DNA of 58,931 bases, the filler included, from Sphacelaria rigidula (lineage: Eukaryota): assembly GCA_964200075.2 (NCBI GenBank). It is 8 parts of 8 records of this genome, joined end to end, with 100 filler letters (N's around TTAATTAATTAA, not from the genome) between each part and the next. Parts side by side here need not be neighbours in the genome. Positions count along the whole stretch, not along the records: positions 1 to 7,280 come from CAXNAA020015647.1; positions 7,381 to 14,660 come from CAXNAA020015648.1; 6 more parts are not named here. One strand, given 5' to 3'. Shown piece after piece: positions 1-12,095 of the stretch. The notes beneath the pieces were generated by a model that saw nothing but the letters and a program-made list of their open reading frames with translations, ran no database searches and was not told the origin of the DNA. A program made the position numbers and the translations under genes. Numbering within the stretch: the first letter of the stretch is position 1; every line of letters starts with the position of its first letter.

Positions 1-98
1 CCCCCCCGGGGTGGAGGGAAAATGGCCCTATGACCACGCCGTGAAAAACCATTAATACCCCCCCCCCCCCCCCCCCCCGATCATAGCATAACTCCTTT

Positions 99-180
99 GT
101 CTATTTGTTGCACTCTGAACCCCCCTTTTCCTCGGGACAAGTCCGTGATCTCAAGGGATCAACCCATCCCTCTCCGGTTA
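99..180 (-). mobile_element. 3' end of SINE/LINE-tail repeat (family A)
   Basis: Reverse complement of the GAGATGGGTTGATCCCTTGAGA...GTCCCGAG...TTCA(A/G)AGTGC(G/A)ACAAATA tail also present at 10577-10650, 31590-31750 and 32088-32198. Confidence 0.7.
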
Positions 181-719
181 CTAACATAATATATACAGGT
201 TTTGCAATGATTATCAGGTTGAGGTTTTCGCGTCTGTTCATGCTGCACTGAACAAGTACATATAGCATGATCTTGTCGCCGGAGAGTCGCGTAGCAAGCG
301 CGCTCAGCATTCCTTGTGAACCAGATAGAAGGGCAAGAACGATTTTTCTCTCTTGCTTAGTGGATCGCAAAGTATTTCGGCAGCACACACCGTTCCGAAT
401 GTGTCACAAAATGTGATACGATTACCACGGTGTGTTGAACTGTTCTGACTTGCCAGGTCGTACGCGTGAACGGGATCGCGCCCTAGCCCCACTTGTCGCG
501 TGCTGTCGACAACATGAAGGTGTCCGAGACAAACGATCTGTCACGAGGTCCGGTTTTGTGCCACGCGGGAGCTTTTTAAACTGCTCGTCGATGGATCCCA
601 GCCATTTTTACAATACGCTCTGCAATGCTTTCTCCGCTTTCGAACAAGAGAGGTTTCGACTTGAGTTGATTTTCAGCACGCATATCGACCTCGTTTCAGG
701 GTTGGGATACAATGCTGCA

Positions 720-975
720 AGGGTCGGACGAATTGATGATTCGTCCGGAAGTCACTTGATTTTAGTGTGAATGATTCGTACGGTACGAATAAATCCTTAC
801 GCTTTGTTTTCAGCGTTGCAACTCAGGTACGCGCAGCTTTGGCACGTGAAATGTCGCAAAAGTTGCGTGGAGACCTGCTTGACCAGCGGTCGACTCTCTT
901 CTCTGTTTCTGTCAACCAGGCCTAAGAAATCGGGGATTTGGTTGTTCGAACCGGCGATGATTAATCCTAACCGTG
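720..975. repeat. Diverged dispersed repeat, copy 1 (copy 2 at ~5320-5575)
   Basis: GGGTCGGACGAAT...ACTTGATTTTAGTGTGA...GCTTTGTTTTCAGC...GGATTTGGT..TTCGAACCGGCGA is colinear in both copies with many substitutions. Confidence 0.75.
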
Positions 976-1594
976 CAATGCCGTCAGACACATGAACGTG
1001 AGATTTCTGCTGAGCTTGGCATGCCCCCCCCTCCCCCTGCGCATGTCCTAGTGGAGATGCTCAGATATTGAGCGGCGTCGACGAACAAGCCGTTGCCGCG
1101 ATGAGAGCTTTCCACACACCCTGTTCATTCGTCATGTTTACGCATGTTAGTTTTTTTTACCCCAATGTCATCCATCAGCCATTGAAGAACTTGTTCATTA
1201 TATGCGTTTTATCTGTTTGCCGCGACGAGCTAGCTCAATGTTGGAGAAAACTTCGTTCCACGGTGTGTTCATGCTCCCAAATGAACGAGAACGCGACGAA
1301 GAGAAATACGGGGACAAAATACCCCCGCCAAAAGTAATCCTTTTTCAGGTTTTTCATGATATTCCACAGGCGTTTGTGGTTCGGGTTCCTGTTTCAAGTT
1401 TTCCATTATCTTGACGAGGCTTAGCCCAATTGGCCCAACTGACTCAACGTGCTAACCACACTCAGCCGTCCGCGATGTCCGAAAAAGCGCCTTGAGTCAT
1501 TCTCCAGAATTGCATACAGTACTGTACCCCTTTGGGCATGTGTGGAGTGTAACCGGTTTCCCTCCGTCGTGCTCGCGAATACCGTCATTGACAG

Positions 1595-1666
1595 GCCTCA
1601 TCCCGACGGAGCTTGGAAGCTTGCAGAGACTCAAATCTCTCGTCGTCGCCGACAACATGTTCACCG
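1595..1666 (+). CDS. 72-nt exon encoding one 24-aa leucine-rich repeat ((G)LIPTELGSLQRLKSLVVADNMFT)
   Basis: Bounded by acag| and |gtgaga; exactly 72 nt; phase 1 at both ends; matches the GxIPxELGxLxxLxxLxLxxNxLT LRR consensus. Confidence 0.85.
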
Positions 1667-1839
1667 GTGAGACGTGAAAAGACAGGGAAAATATCAAACA
1701 CTTCCTTGTTTTTTTTTGTTTTAGGTCGGACATTTCTTTCCATGCTCTGCTTTTGTTGACGTTTTTCCTTATTATAATTATTTTTCACGTTTTGGTCTAC
1801 TACTATGTCGTCCTGTTCAACTTTTTTTCTTTCTTCCTT

Positions 1840-1925
1840 TTTTGTTGGTTACGGCTATCATGAGACCACGGCTGGACCCCTGGGGTCAGTTAAAGTGCGA
1901 CAATCAATCAATCAAATCAAATCAA
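1840..1925 (+). mobile_element. 3' end of SINE/LINE-tail repeat (family B) with (TCAA)n tail
   Basis: GAGACCACGGCTGGACCCCTGGGGTCAGTTAAAGTGCGACAATCAATCAATCAA; reverse-strand copies at ~36560-36650 and ~41468-41600. Confidence 0.7.
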
Positions 1926-4071
1926 CTAGGGGATCAATCCATTTGAGCGCGGCTTCCGCAAGTTTTGAGACTGGGTTTCAGCGGCGGGCAGCTCCGACCC
2001 GACCCGACATGCCAAATTTCTGTGACTGCACTTTATCGGATTAGAGTGAAATTCCCTCAGCCATTCAGCGCGGCTCTCACGCAAGCGTGGTTAAACGCGA
2101 CTCCGTCTCTCCCCCACTTCAGGGGCACGCCCGCGTTGTAATATCAATACCGCGCACGTATTGTGTCACTCACCAGAATTTCAGCGCAAACGCATAGGTG
2201 TGGCCTATCTGGGTTTGCAGGGGTTTGCGGGTCGCGTGATGCAGAGACATCTATCTACCCTTTGGGAACCATCCCCTTCCGTCCCCGGGCCAGACGCCTT
2301 AACAGTTCAAACCCTGACATCGAAGGAAAATGAGAACAGAAAAGACTGACGGCACACGTCATACGCGCACCGCGAATGTCGCCCCTGTGCGGTCGGATCA
2401 GTTTTGTCCAGTGAGGGACGCAACGGGTCAATTTTGGTCAAGTTTGTACATGCAGCCAAAATCAGAACGTGCATGCCTGAAGTCTATACAATCAAAAATC
2501 GGCACCACTTGTCTATTTTCCACATACTGAGTCCCGTGCGGCATTGGGGCACATATTTATACGGGTCCGAAGAACAGGCCTCGGGCTAATGGGTTTGCGT
2601 GAATTTTGGAAAATACTCAATTATAGGTCGTTTGAAAAAAATAGCACCTCTCGAATTATGAAAGGGTTGAGTAATGCTTTCATGATTTGTTCAAGATGTC
2701 TTGGATGCATTTACACACACATATATATATATATATATATATTTTTTTTTTGTCGCATAAAAGATAACATATTTTTGTTTGTGCCGCGCCCGACGTCCGA
2801 GCGTGCGACTTTTCCTGTTTCACTACTGAAGCAACTGAAGCTGGCGAGGTCCCAAAACGCTGTTTACGAATCTTCTGTCAATGGATGAGCTCTGGCATGA
2901 CGCATTAAAAAATATTTTGAGACCTCAGACCTGCCCCTTTCAAATATTTCCGGAGCAGCTGATGTCATTGCTGAATGGCACTCTAATGTACCTTCGTGAG
3001 GCCCTAGGCTCCTGAAAGGAGGCGGAGCTAGGAGGTAAATGTGCTCCGTCTTTATTCGGATCCCGGCGAGAAGAAGTCCCGACTATTTACGACGCAAGTG
3101 CTGTCTGAGTCATATCGTACAGACTTAGCAGTAGCACCTGCTCCAGAGGATTGCCTGCGCCCGGGAAACGACGGACACATGTCTTTCGTCGCTACCGATC
3201 ACGGCACCCAACTCTATGCCCCCCGCGCTGTAGGAAGTATGGGCTCCATAGCAGTAGCAGCAGCAGCAGTAACTGAGGTTGTTATCGAGCATTAGATGCC
3301 GTGCAGCATGCTGATGATGCTCTTGCTGTATGAGTCACCACCTGTCTATGTATGAATTTCTTGTTGGATCGAGTGATGCATTTTTCTAACACCAGGGCTT
3401 GTCGGAAGCAAGAGTACGTGCGCGTGCGGGGTCCTGGCATCGCAGCAGACTGAGCCAAGAATAGGTGCAAGCGCTGTTCAATGTATGTTCGGTCACCTGA
3501 TTTGTCGAAGCAACAGGACACCCGATAGTGATGCCAAAATACCCAGATATTCGTGATTCGGACTCCTATGCTCTCACATATCTGCCTGATGTTGACCTGT
3601 CGCTCTCTGCGGAGGACGCTGTACTTGTTGTGGAGGAAATGGGTACCCTACTGTGGCGGAAATTGAAAATGATTTGCTGCTTCTCACGAACGGAAGAATG
3701 ATTCACCGCCCTCATTTTGTGCAAGCTGAGCCGACCTTCCGTACTGACTGAAATACTCAACATCACCCCTACGCTCAACCATGAGGGGTAGCGCACGGTC
3801 TGCCCCGGCCGGACGTACTTGCAGACTGTATCTACAGCGGGATAGGGCCTGACAAGCTGTACTCGCGAGTATCTATCCCCTTGTGTATACGTTCGCAAAA
3901 GGTGTATTCGACTGGACTGCGTTGGTAGAGCACGGCAGTCTCCCATAAGGTAGGCAATTTTTGGGATCCTTCACCTGTTTCAGCCGCAACAAGAGCCGGA
4001 GATGCCACCCTCGATCGTGTCCGATTGTCGGAAATGAACAAAAAACAAAATGGAATACCGTTGAATTTCAG

Positions 4072-4220
4072 AGGCTGAACGTACGGAGGAGGAGCTAAAG
4101 CTCCTGCTGCACCCTGAGTGCGAAACGGACTTCCTTCCCCAGAGCGAGCCCGATCCTGAGGAAGACGAGGAAGCAACAGCGGCCAACAGCGGGGAAGAGG
4201 AGTACGCCTCCTTTGCCTAG
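4072..4220 (+). CDS. Probable terminal exon of the LRR gene (acidic tail (E)AERTEEELKLLLHPECETDFLPQSEPDPEEDEEATAANSGEEEYASFA*)
   Basis: ttcag| acceptor, phase-1 compatible with the 1595-1666 exon (G|AG = Glu), coding-like composition, TAG at 4218-4220. Confidence 0.55.
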
Positions 4221-5319
4221 GTACGCACTAAAGTGCACGGAGTTCTCATGTTCATCTACCGAACCTCCAACTGACTACAGTACTGTATATTTCTCTTGAC
4301 GATTGTCACCGGACGGAGAAAAAAGCGGGGGTCAAAAGCCGTCACGACGTCGTGCCTTGCCTCTGGCGATCATTGGTTCGGGCGCGCATAATAGCGCAGT
4401 TGTAGTAGTGTAGTCGTGATCCTGTGCAACTCCCGCACTTGCTTGCAAGAGTCGGATTTCGACTGTCGGAACCATCAAGTATACAAGTCAAGGTTTTGAT
4501 AGGAGCGAGTAGAAGAAACATTCTGGGCCTGGCTAACGGCTTGGCTGGGATTGGCGGATCAGATATGGATCTTTCGGGTGACAACGCTGCGAATCTGGTT
4601 TTATTGATAACGAGCCCTCGTCAACGATATTCCAAGTTGCCCTCAATTAGTAGTACAGTGGCCACTGTTTGGTCAACGGAAATGTTTCTGCAACGAAACC
4701 GCGTAAATTTAACACAGATTCCCGTCCATCCACACGGCTCTTTTTCTCCATCGGACATGCGCAGGTGCTGAAAAAATGAGATTCAACGATGCGGGTGGTT
4801 TTCGGTGTGGATCATCCGTGGAATCTTCCGTGCATCGGGTAGGGTATGCTCTGGTTCTTTATGCGGCGGATCATTTTATCCAGCTGAAATACCCCGTTCG
4901 AGGGTAGGGAAAGAAAGCAGAGCAGTTTCCGTGGACCTTTTGCTGGTTCGAGAGCACATTGCGGATCATCTCTTTTTGCGGGATTATCCCGCGTTTCAGG
5001 GCAAAAAAAGGAGAGACGCGGATTTGTATTTAGTCGCATTTGCGTCGCCGCGCCCCGGGGATCGCACGGTTCATGCAAAACAGTTGTAAACGAATTCTGC
5101 AGGTTTGAAACTTGACAGAAGTAAGTTTCGTTTTATATCTGGATTCCACCGACGGCCCCGAAAACGCGAGTACATGAATTCGGAAACATGAAGAAAAGTT
5201 TGATGAGATTTAAAAGACTGCGGAAGTGCTGGTCCATATGTCAGTACTACAGTACAGGGCAAATGCCGGTGAAGTGCTGATCCTTCCGTATGACGGGGTC
5301 GAATTGTGGTAGGATTCAC

Positions 5320-5575
5320 GGGTCGGACGAATAAGTGATTCGTGTGGAAATTACTTGATTTTAGTGTGATTGATTTGTACCGTACGAATCAATCCGTAGG
5401 CTTTGTTTTCAGCTTTGCAACCCACGTGCACGCAGCCCAGGCACGCGGAATGGCGCAAAAGTCGCGTGGGAAGTTTTTTGACCACCGGTCAACTCTCTCC
5501 TCTCTTTCGAGCCATAAGGCCTGAAAAATCGTGGATTTGGTGATTCGAACCGGCGACGGTTCGTCCGAACCGTGC
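5320..5575. repeat. Diverged dispersed repeat, copy 2 (of 720-975)
   Basis: Direct-orientation colinear similarity to 720-975. Confidence 0.75.
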
Positions 5576-7280
5576 AAGGGTTGGGGAGTGGAGGTTTCTT
5601 CCTCTGACCGTCGGGTGGGTATTTGGGTTGTACAGTCATTGTTCAAGGGAAAACGATGCCGATTCACGAGACACCCACCCCGACGGTCAAAGGCGGACGG
5701 GGGAGGATAGGGGTTGAAAATACAAGGGGATGGTGCGATGAGCGGGGCAAGTTTGTTTTAATTTCTTTGTATACCTATCCTACGATGGTAGAGTGCGCTG
5801 AGAAGGGCAGAAAAATCGATGCCGCTGCAGCTCAATGTGGCACACTGTGTGCGCGCTTTTCTGAATGGAGTATATCATCTGGTGTTTCCAATAATAGAAG
5901 TGGTGGGTGGCTTCTTCATCCACAAGAGATGTGTCACAAGGGAAAAGGCAAATGTGTGACATTGTGTCTACAGTCAGTGTTGCTTTTTACAGGAGGTACC
6001 CGTCAGATATTTACACATATATATACGTATATATGTTGCACAGGGTGAGTATGAGCATGCACTCCATACTTTGTTTGAGGGTGTACAGTAGCTGTTCGTG
6101 AGCGCGGACATGTTGCAGTCAGTCGATTGACGCCATAGCGCGTACAACATTGTGTACGCTTGCACCTGTGTTCATTGTTGCACGTGATAGTGATCACCTT
6201 TCGTCAAGGTAACCGCCGTTTTTCGCGCTTTATATCCAACCGGAATTTGTATGTTTTAGACAGCTGTAGTGGGTATCGGGGTACCGCCTAGCGTGCGGAG
6301 GTCCCTTCACCAGGTTACAGTATTCTTCGTGATGTGGGGACCCTTAGTGCTTGAATGACTAGTGGTGGATGATTGAAGTTGTCATGTAACTGACGCGCGA
6401 GGATTCAGTCAGTCACACGATAGGCGATAAAGTAATCATCGAGGGCGCACGCTCACTTGGTAGAGCAAACTCGAGAAAGGAGAAATATATATTTTTAAAT
6501 GGAGACAAAACCGAATCCTTTACCACGCCGATAACACGAACGAAATAAAAAACGAGGCGGGGAAAGGGAGAAGGAAAAAGAAGAACGCCAGGACGCGGTC
6601 CCAATTTGAAAAGAACGAAGATGACTCAATGGCCCCTGTTGTATGGCTTCAGGTACACAGGTACGGGGTGACCGAACTACGATACGCAAGGTTCAAATAT
6701 GTTTTTCACTGAATCAAGATCTTTTTACAGGCGGTTTTTCACCTTCACTCCAAAGCGTGAGAGTCGGCAGGTGTTGGAGAAGAGGAGCGGGTTGTGTACG
6801 TACGAGTCACATCCCATTTCTGTGTTTTTGGAACGACGCGGGAGGATACAGGAGCAAAACCCCGTTTATTTACAGGAGCAAAACCCCGTCTATTCAGGGG
6901 TGCTGACCGCATTTGACCCCAAAAATGTGTTTTCACGGTAGAGCAGTGTATGTATATATCGAAAAAAACAGCAAAAAACCAAGCCGTCGAGTTTTTTGTA
7001 ACGATCCGAATCGGTTCGGTCAAGCGTAAATATCAAAAAGCGGCAAGATACAGTCGAAGGACCGCCAGAAGACCGGTGAATTGACAGAAAGTGTTATTGG
7101 CCGTTTTTAGTCCGAAACACATTCATTTCCGGCTCTAGCGCAGTCGACAGGTGAAAATGTTACATGAGAGCCTGTAAGAATATTCACCAGAGCGATCGGG
7201 ATGCCCCCCCACCCCCCCCCCCCCCCCCACCCCCGTCCCAACACAAACCCCCACCCTCACACCGCACGCCCCCCACTCAC

Positions 7281-7380
7281 NNNNNNNNNNNNNNNNNNNN
7301 NNNNNNNNNNNNNNNNNNNNNNNNTTAATTAATTAANNNNNNNNNNNNNNNNNNNNNNNNNNNNNNNNNNNNNNNNNNNN
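7281..7380. other. Artificial contig-join spacer (N44-TTAATTAATTAA-N44); identical spacers at 14661-14760, 22041-22140, 29420-29519, 36798-36897, 44176-44275, 51554-51653
   Basis: Seven identical 100-nt spacers carrying a six-frame stop linker; the intervening contigs are 7280-7278 bp in decreasing order. Confidence 0.97.
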
Positions 7381-7389
7381 CGAAGTTTT

Positions 7390-7899
7390 CACAGGCACCG
7401 TAGGTAACGTACCGTGCCGAGCGTACCCCCGGTATTTACCTGGGTATCCCATACCGTGGTATGCGTGGGTATCGTAGGTATGACATTTGAAAATACCGGA
7501 TTGTGCAGGTACGGTAGGTATTGGGATCTCGAAATACTCTGGTATCGTAGGTATGAGTTTCGAAAATACCGGATTGGGCGGGTACGGTAGGTATTGGAAT
7601 CTCGAAATACCCTGGTATCGTGGGTATTGTAGGTATGAGTTTTGAAAATAGCGGACTAGGTTTGTACGGTAGGTACTGAAATCTCAAAATACCGTGGTAT
7701 CGTAGGTATCGTAGGTACGGTATGACATTTGAAAATACCGGATTGGGCGGGTGCGGTAGATACTGAAATCTCAAAATACCGTGGTATCGTAGGTATCGTA
7801 GGGATGACATTTGAAAATACCGGATTGGATCGGTGTCGGTAGGGTATGAAATGTCCCAAATACCGGTACCGGGTACCTACCCTACCTACGGTGCCTCTG
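7390..7899. mobile_element. MITE-like non-autonomous DNA transposon with internal ~72-86 bp tandem array
   Basis: Terminal inverted repeats CACAGGCACCGTAGGTA / TACCTACGGTGCCTCTG; about 5 internal units TTTGAAAATACCGGATTGG..GTACGGTAGGTA..GAAATACCGTGGTATCGTAGG; no clear TSD. Confidence 0.7.
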
Positions 7900-8159
7900 A
7901 AAGAATCCTCTTCGATCGAACACATGCGGTCGAAAGGCACCAATCGGTACTTGACTCCTGATACAAACAACCACGCCAGATAACACCCGTTCACAGGATC
8001 ATGCTAACTGCATCAAAATGATTCTCAGCTACCACCGCAGCCCTGCAGCATAGGGCACAACTTGAGCCCAGGGATAGATGTACTCTGCAGGAGTTGGGTA
8101 TGCTTCGTTCATTTTTTGTTGGCGAGTACTTGCGCATCTTCAACTGAGCATAGAGAGTT

Positions 8160-8246
8160 AAGATGAAAAATACAAATATATTTCAACTGAGCCACCGGGG
8201 CGACCGGCTCATATTGCTGTTGAAATATATTTGTATTTTTCATCTT
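8160..8246. repeat. Perfect 28-bp inverted repeat hairpin
   Basis: AAGATGAAAAATACAAATATATTTCAAC (8160-8187) and its exact reverse complement (8219-8246). Confidence 0.9.
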
Positions 8247-9204
8247 CACTCGTATATAATTGAGGACTCCTGGTGGCCTTTCTGGTACGAGAAAAAAATA
8301 TATCGTATAGTGTTACCGTTGGTCACGTTTTTGTCCCATCCGACTTTTTTCGCGTTGATGTTGATTTCCGTTCCGCGTGGGTAGGGACCGCCTGTAGCTG
8401 GCCACTATGCTATTCAGATTGTACTTGAAGTGATATACTCCCTACCAGAGAAGTACTGAGTTCCATGCGTGGCTTTCTCCCGGGAATGTAGAGTCCTCTA
8501 TCGTCCCACCGTGCATTCGAATAAAAAGGCTAAAGGCAGTAGCAAGCCTCTCTGACCAAAAGGTTTACTACCCTCATATTTCGAGTGGAAATGTGATGCC
8601 GATTCAACACATGATCAGCCCCGGCGGTCGAACGGTTCAATTACTTTCAGGGAATACCGGCTTTCGTACACTTGTACTTATCAAATAGATCCATGACTAT
8701 TTTCCAGTACACCTGAAGCTTAGGTCGTATATCTATGTTTGAGAAAGCTCTGAGAAAATTCATGGTTTGGGGCAGGTGAGGAGCGGACCCAGCTACCCAG
8801 CTCGTCTACAACTTGTTCTTGTCGAAATCGGCGACTGCGGCGTCGATTTCAGATCTGCCAACGCACCATTTGCCTAGGGGAACTTATGCACTCACACTGC
8901 CCGAGGGTCTCGTATGCCTTGGGTCGAGGTTGGGGTTAGGGTTGACGTTTTTGTTAGTTTATTCGAAAAATCGAACATAAACACGAAGTGTAGGACCAAA
9001 ACTTCAGGTCGCATCCTGTTTTCATCATCATACAACGTACTTTGCAGCAGAGAATTGGGGCAAGATCGATCGTGATGTATTTCCTCATCAAAACCCTGAG
9101 ACCGCCAGAGTGGGTCATCTTTGCTTGGTCAGCACCATCATTTACTTGAAAAATGGATGTTAATATACCCAGATCAGATTTGACTTACCCTGGCGATCAC
9201 AGGA

Positions 9205-9575
9205 TTAACCCTTGGAGCGCGAGCTTGGCCTTCCAACAGTTTCACCGAGTGGCGGTCCAGGGACATGCAGGGGTTTCCAGCGAGCGGGGCGTGACTTTTC
9301 AAGGGAGGGGGGGTACTCATGATCATCCATGCCGTAGTCATAAGACCATTGTCCTCGCATCCCTAAAAAGCCGGGATGGAGCACGCCGGGTGTTCGCGTA
9401 CCAGGTTCGCACTCACCAAGCGCGAAGCGCCATGATGTGTTCGGTGAGTTGCATATAGTAGGGTGATCTCCATCCAGCTGAGATTCTTCGGCCCAAAGCG
9501 TACTGATTAGCTTGCATATGGATGACAACATCGACTGAACCGCTTTATTTTCTGGTATCGTCACTTCCAGAGACT
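9205..9575 (-). repeat. Dispersed coding-like repeat of unknown family (second copy 22790-23065, + strand)
   Basis: Both copies translate to PGVL(H/R)PG(F/Y)xGMRGQWS(Y/H)DxGMxDxEYP. Confidence 0.7.
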
Positions 9576-10346
9576 GCTGCGGCTTACATCGCCTAATGCG
9601 TGTCTCACCAATTCAACACTGCGTAACACGATCATCCCCTTTACGCGTAGTTCAGGTTCTCCACCCCTCATAATATGATCTAACTCGACCACAGTCAGGG
9701 TTTTACCATGAAAAAATGCAGCAAGAAAAAAGTGATTACCTGATTGTCTTGCTTACGCAGTGAGTAACGTCTGTGTGTATGTGTGTGGCGCGCGCGGGGG
9801 GGTGCCTTCCGTAGATATTGTAAGTCAGGATGGAAGCCCAAATCCAAGGGAGTGAGTGACCTTAACGATGGCGCTGATCGGTCAATTTGGTCATTTTGTT
9901 CCTCGCTGTATTTAACCGCTGGTGAAAAATGTTTGCAGGAGTATGACGCGGTACAGCAGGAGGAGCAAACACTGGAGGGACAAAAAGTACAGTGAGTAAA
10001 GTTGTGCCACGGTTTCAAGATCAAAACATGCTGAAAAAAGGGCAAGACCGCGGAATCACTGAGCATACTCGTAGAGGCAAGGGAGTGATAAATGTCAGCA
10101 GGGGCGTTTGTCGTTTGAAAAAACACGTACTTGTTTTCTGGACCCCAAAAGGGCCATAGGTCTGAGACGACCTGGGGGGGCTCGCGGCCTCAGGGTTCAC
10201 CTTCCAACCGCCAGGGCGGATGATAATCATACGTTGCATCAGCATCATTGCTCTCACTCGGAAATCGAAGAACGGATGTAACCTGATGGATCACCTATGC
10301 GTTGGAATTTCGCCTCCTGACAAAAATCGGAATTCAATGTTGCCGC

Positions 10347-10700
10347 GCCCCGGTGGTGTAATGGTCCGACTGTCGCCATCAGGGTGGAGAGAACTTGGGT
10401 TCGATTCCCGATGCGTTGGATATGTTCTTCGCAGTATCTGATTTCCACCGTGGGAAGCGTGAGAACGTGAGTAAACAGAGTATAATAGTTGACTGAGTTT
10501 GTTTGCTGTGAGTTGACGCGGTGCGCGAGTGCTGATCCAAATCCACGATACCAAAATGCAAGGCGTGTGCCGGGGAGAGATGGGTTGATCCCTTGAGACC
10601 AAGACTCGTCCCGAGAAAGCGGAGGGCTTCAAAGGGCGACAAATAAATAAGTATATAATGACGACAAAACATAAAAAAGAATATAAAAATAAATAATGCC
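10347..10700 (+). mobile_element. tRNA-derived SINE (family A), apparently full length
   Basis: Pol III A box TGGTGTAATGG (10354-10364) and B box GGTTCGATTCC (10398-10408), a unique body, the shared 3' tail and an A-rich end. Confidence 0.75.
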
Positions 10701-11799
10701 CAAATAAGTAATCGTACAATACATTGGCGGAACGCCGAAAACGTGAGGAATCGAATCCTGGCGGGCCCCGTGTTTCACTAGTCACTACTGAGGCGTTGAC
10801 TCATCAAATTGTTTTCGTGGCGAAAAAGTGCGGTCGAATCGAAGTTAGTTGCTCGTCCCTGATTCGTCCACACTATATATTCTCTTACATGGTTGAGAAC
10901 ATGAATGCCGTGGATGTATTGGGTACGAGCAAATTCGATTTCACCCGATGTCCTCGAGTCGAAAACAATTTGATAATACAAGGCCTGAGGCCGTCCGTGT
11001 CTTATCAAATTGTTTTTAGTTCGAAAAAGTGCGGTTGGAAAAAGAAAATTTTGATTTGATAGGTCGAAATTTCAACAAAAATTACGATATTAGTTGAAAT
11101 CACAACGCATCACAGATCGACTCTTTCTTTTTCCACCGCATATTTTCGATAGAAATCTCATGTATGCCAAGATACGCCCTGTCACAGGTACTATACGTGG
11201 TGAGCGGAACCGGGCTTGGCCGTTCAAGGTGGAGCAGGACACGGGTGTAAGTACTGTGAGGTGATGCGACACTCGACCCGTGGCGTACGGTTTCCGGCAA
11301 ATTCGCCTGGCAAATATGCCAAACCTGCCCGTAAGAACACGTTCAGGCACCCGTTAGTGGTTACCAATGCATGCTCGCCTAGAGTCCCGCTTGCTCGAGG
11401 CTTCTCTGTATGCATTGGGTTGGGGTTAGGCTTGGGCTTAGCGGTAGCGTTTCTTCAAAATACGAGTAGAAAAAAAATGGACGCGACCTCTGGCCGTGTT
11501 TACCCCTGTTTTTTCTCGTGTCTTCCTTCAGTTCGTGCGTCACCTTTAGGCGGCGAGGGGGCGAGGATCGTTCCTCTGGGTCATGAATAGTTTTTGTCAA
11601 GTGAAACCGATGCCAATTCAACAGATGACCTAGTCTCGCCGTCCAAGGGGTCAACTAAATAAATAGCCCCTTCAAGTGGACGATGAGTAAGATGCGTTAT
11701 GATGTATGATTTTTCGAGTGAAAGTTATGCCGATTCAAGACACGAACTATGCCAGCTGTCGAAGATACTACAGAGTACAGCGGGATTAAGATTTTTTCT

Positions 11800-12095
11800 C
11801 GCATCATGCCCAACGGTGGAGAGCGACTATTTCGTGAGTGCACAAAGTCGATATATATCGATCGAGGAGGGAAAAGGACCGCTAAACCTTGGAGGAACCC
11901 CTCACGAGATGAATTGAAGGGCAAGCACCACAAAAGGAGGGTGGAGTAATAACAGTAACAAATGTTGAAAAAAAAAACTTTCGTGTTTGATCTTCCTCCT
12001 GTTTGACCCCGGCTGATACGCCCACATCTACATATCGAAAGGGGTAAACTGGCGTGCAAAATAAACGTAATGTCAACACACACATACACACGCAT
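11800..12095 (+). mobile_element. Partial SINE (family C body)
   Basis: Similar to the reverse complement of 22390-22640 and 26500-26770 (ATGCCCAAC.GTGGAGAGCGAC...GAGGGAAA.GGAC.GCT.AAC...). Confidence 0.65.

Noticed and set aside
3832-3860. LSGPIP LRR-like motif on the minus strand
   Set aside because: Followed immediately by a stop, with no 72-nt exon structure, and on the opposite strand to the real LRR exon.
7325-7336. Periodic TTAATTAATTAA motif as a biological signal
   Set aside because: Synthetic six-frame stop linker embedded in N runs.
7440-7870. CRISPR-like array / repetitive ORFs 7436-7994
   Set aside because: Pure tandem repeat inside TIRs; the ORFs are by-products.
10347-10420. 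tRNA gene (also 22660-22734, 26785-26860)
   Set aside because: A and B boxes are present but no clean cloverleaf or acceptor stem is evident, and each continues into a multi-copy SINE body.
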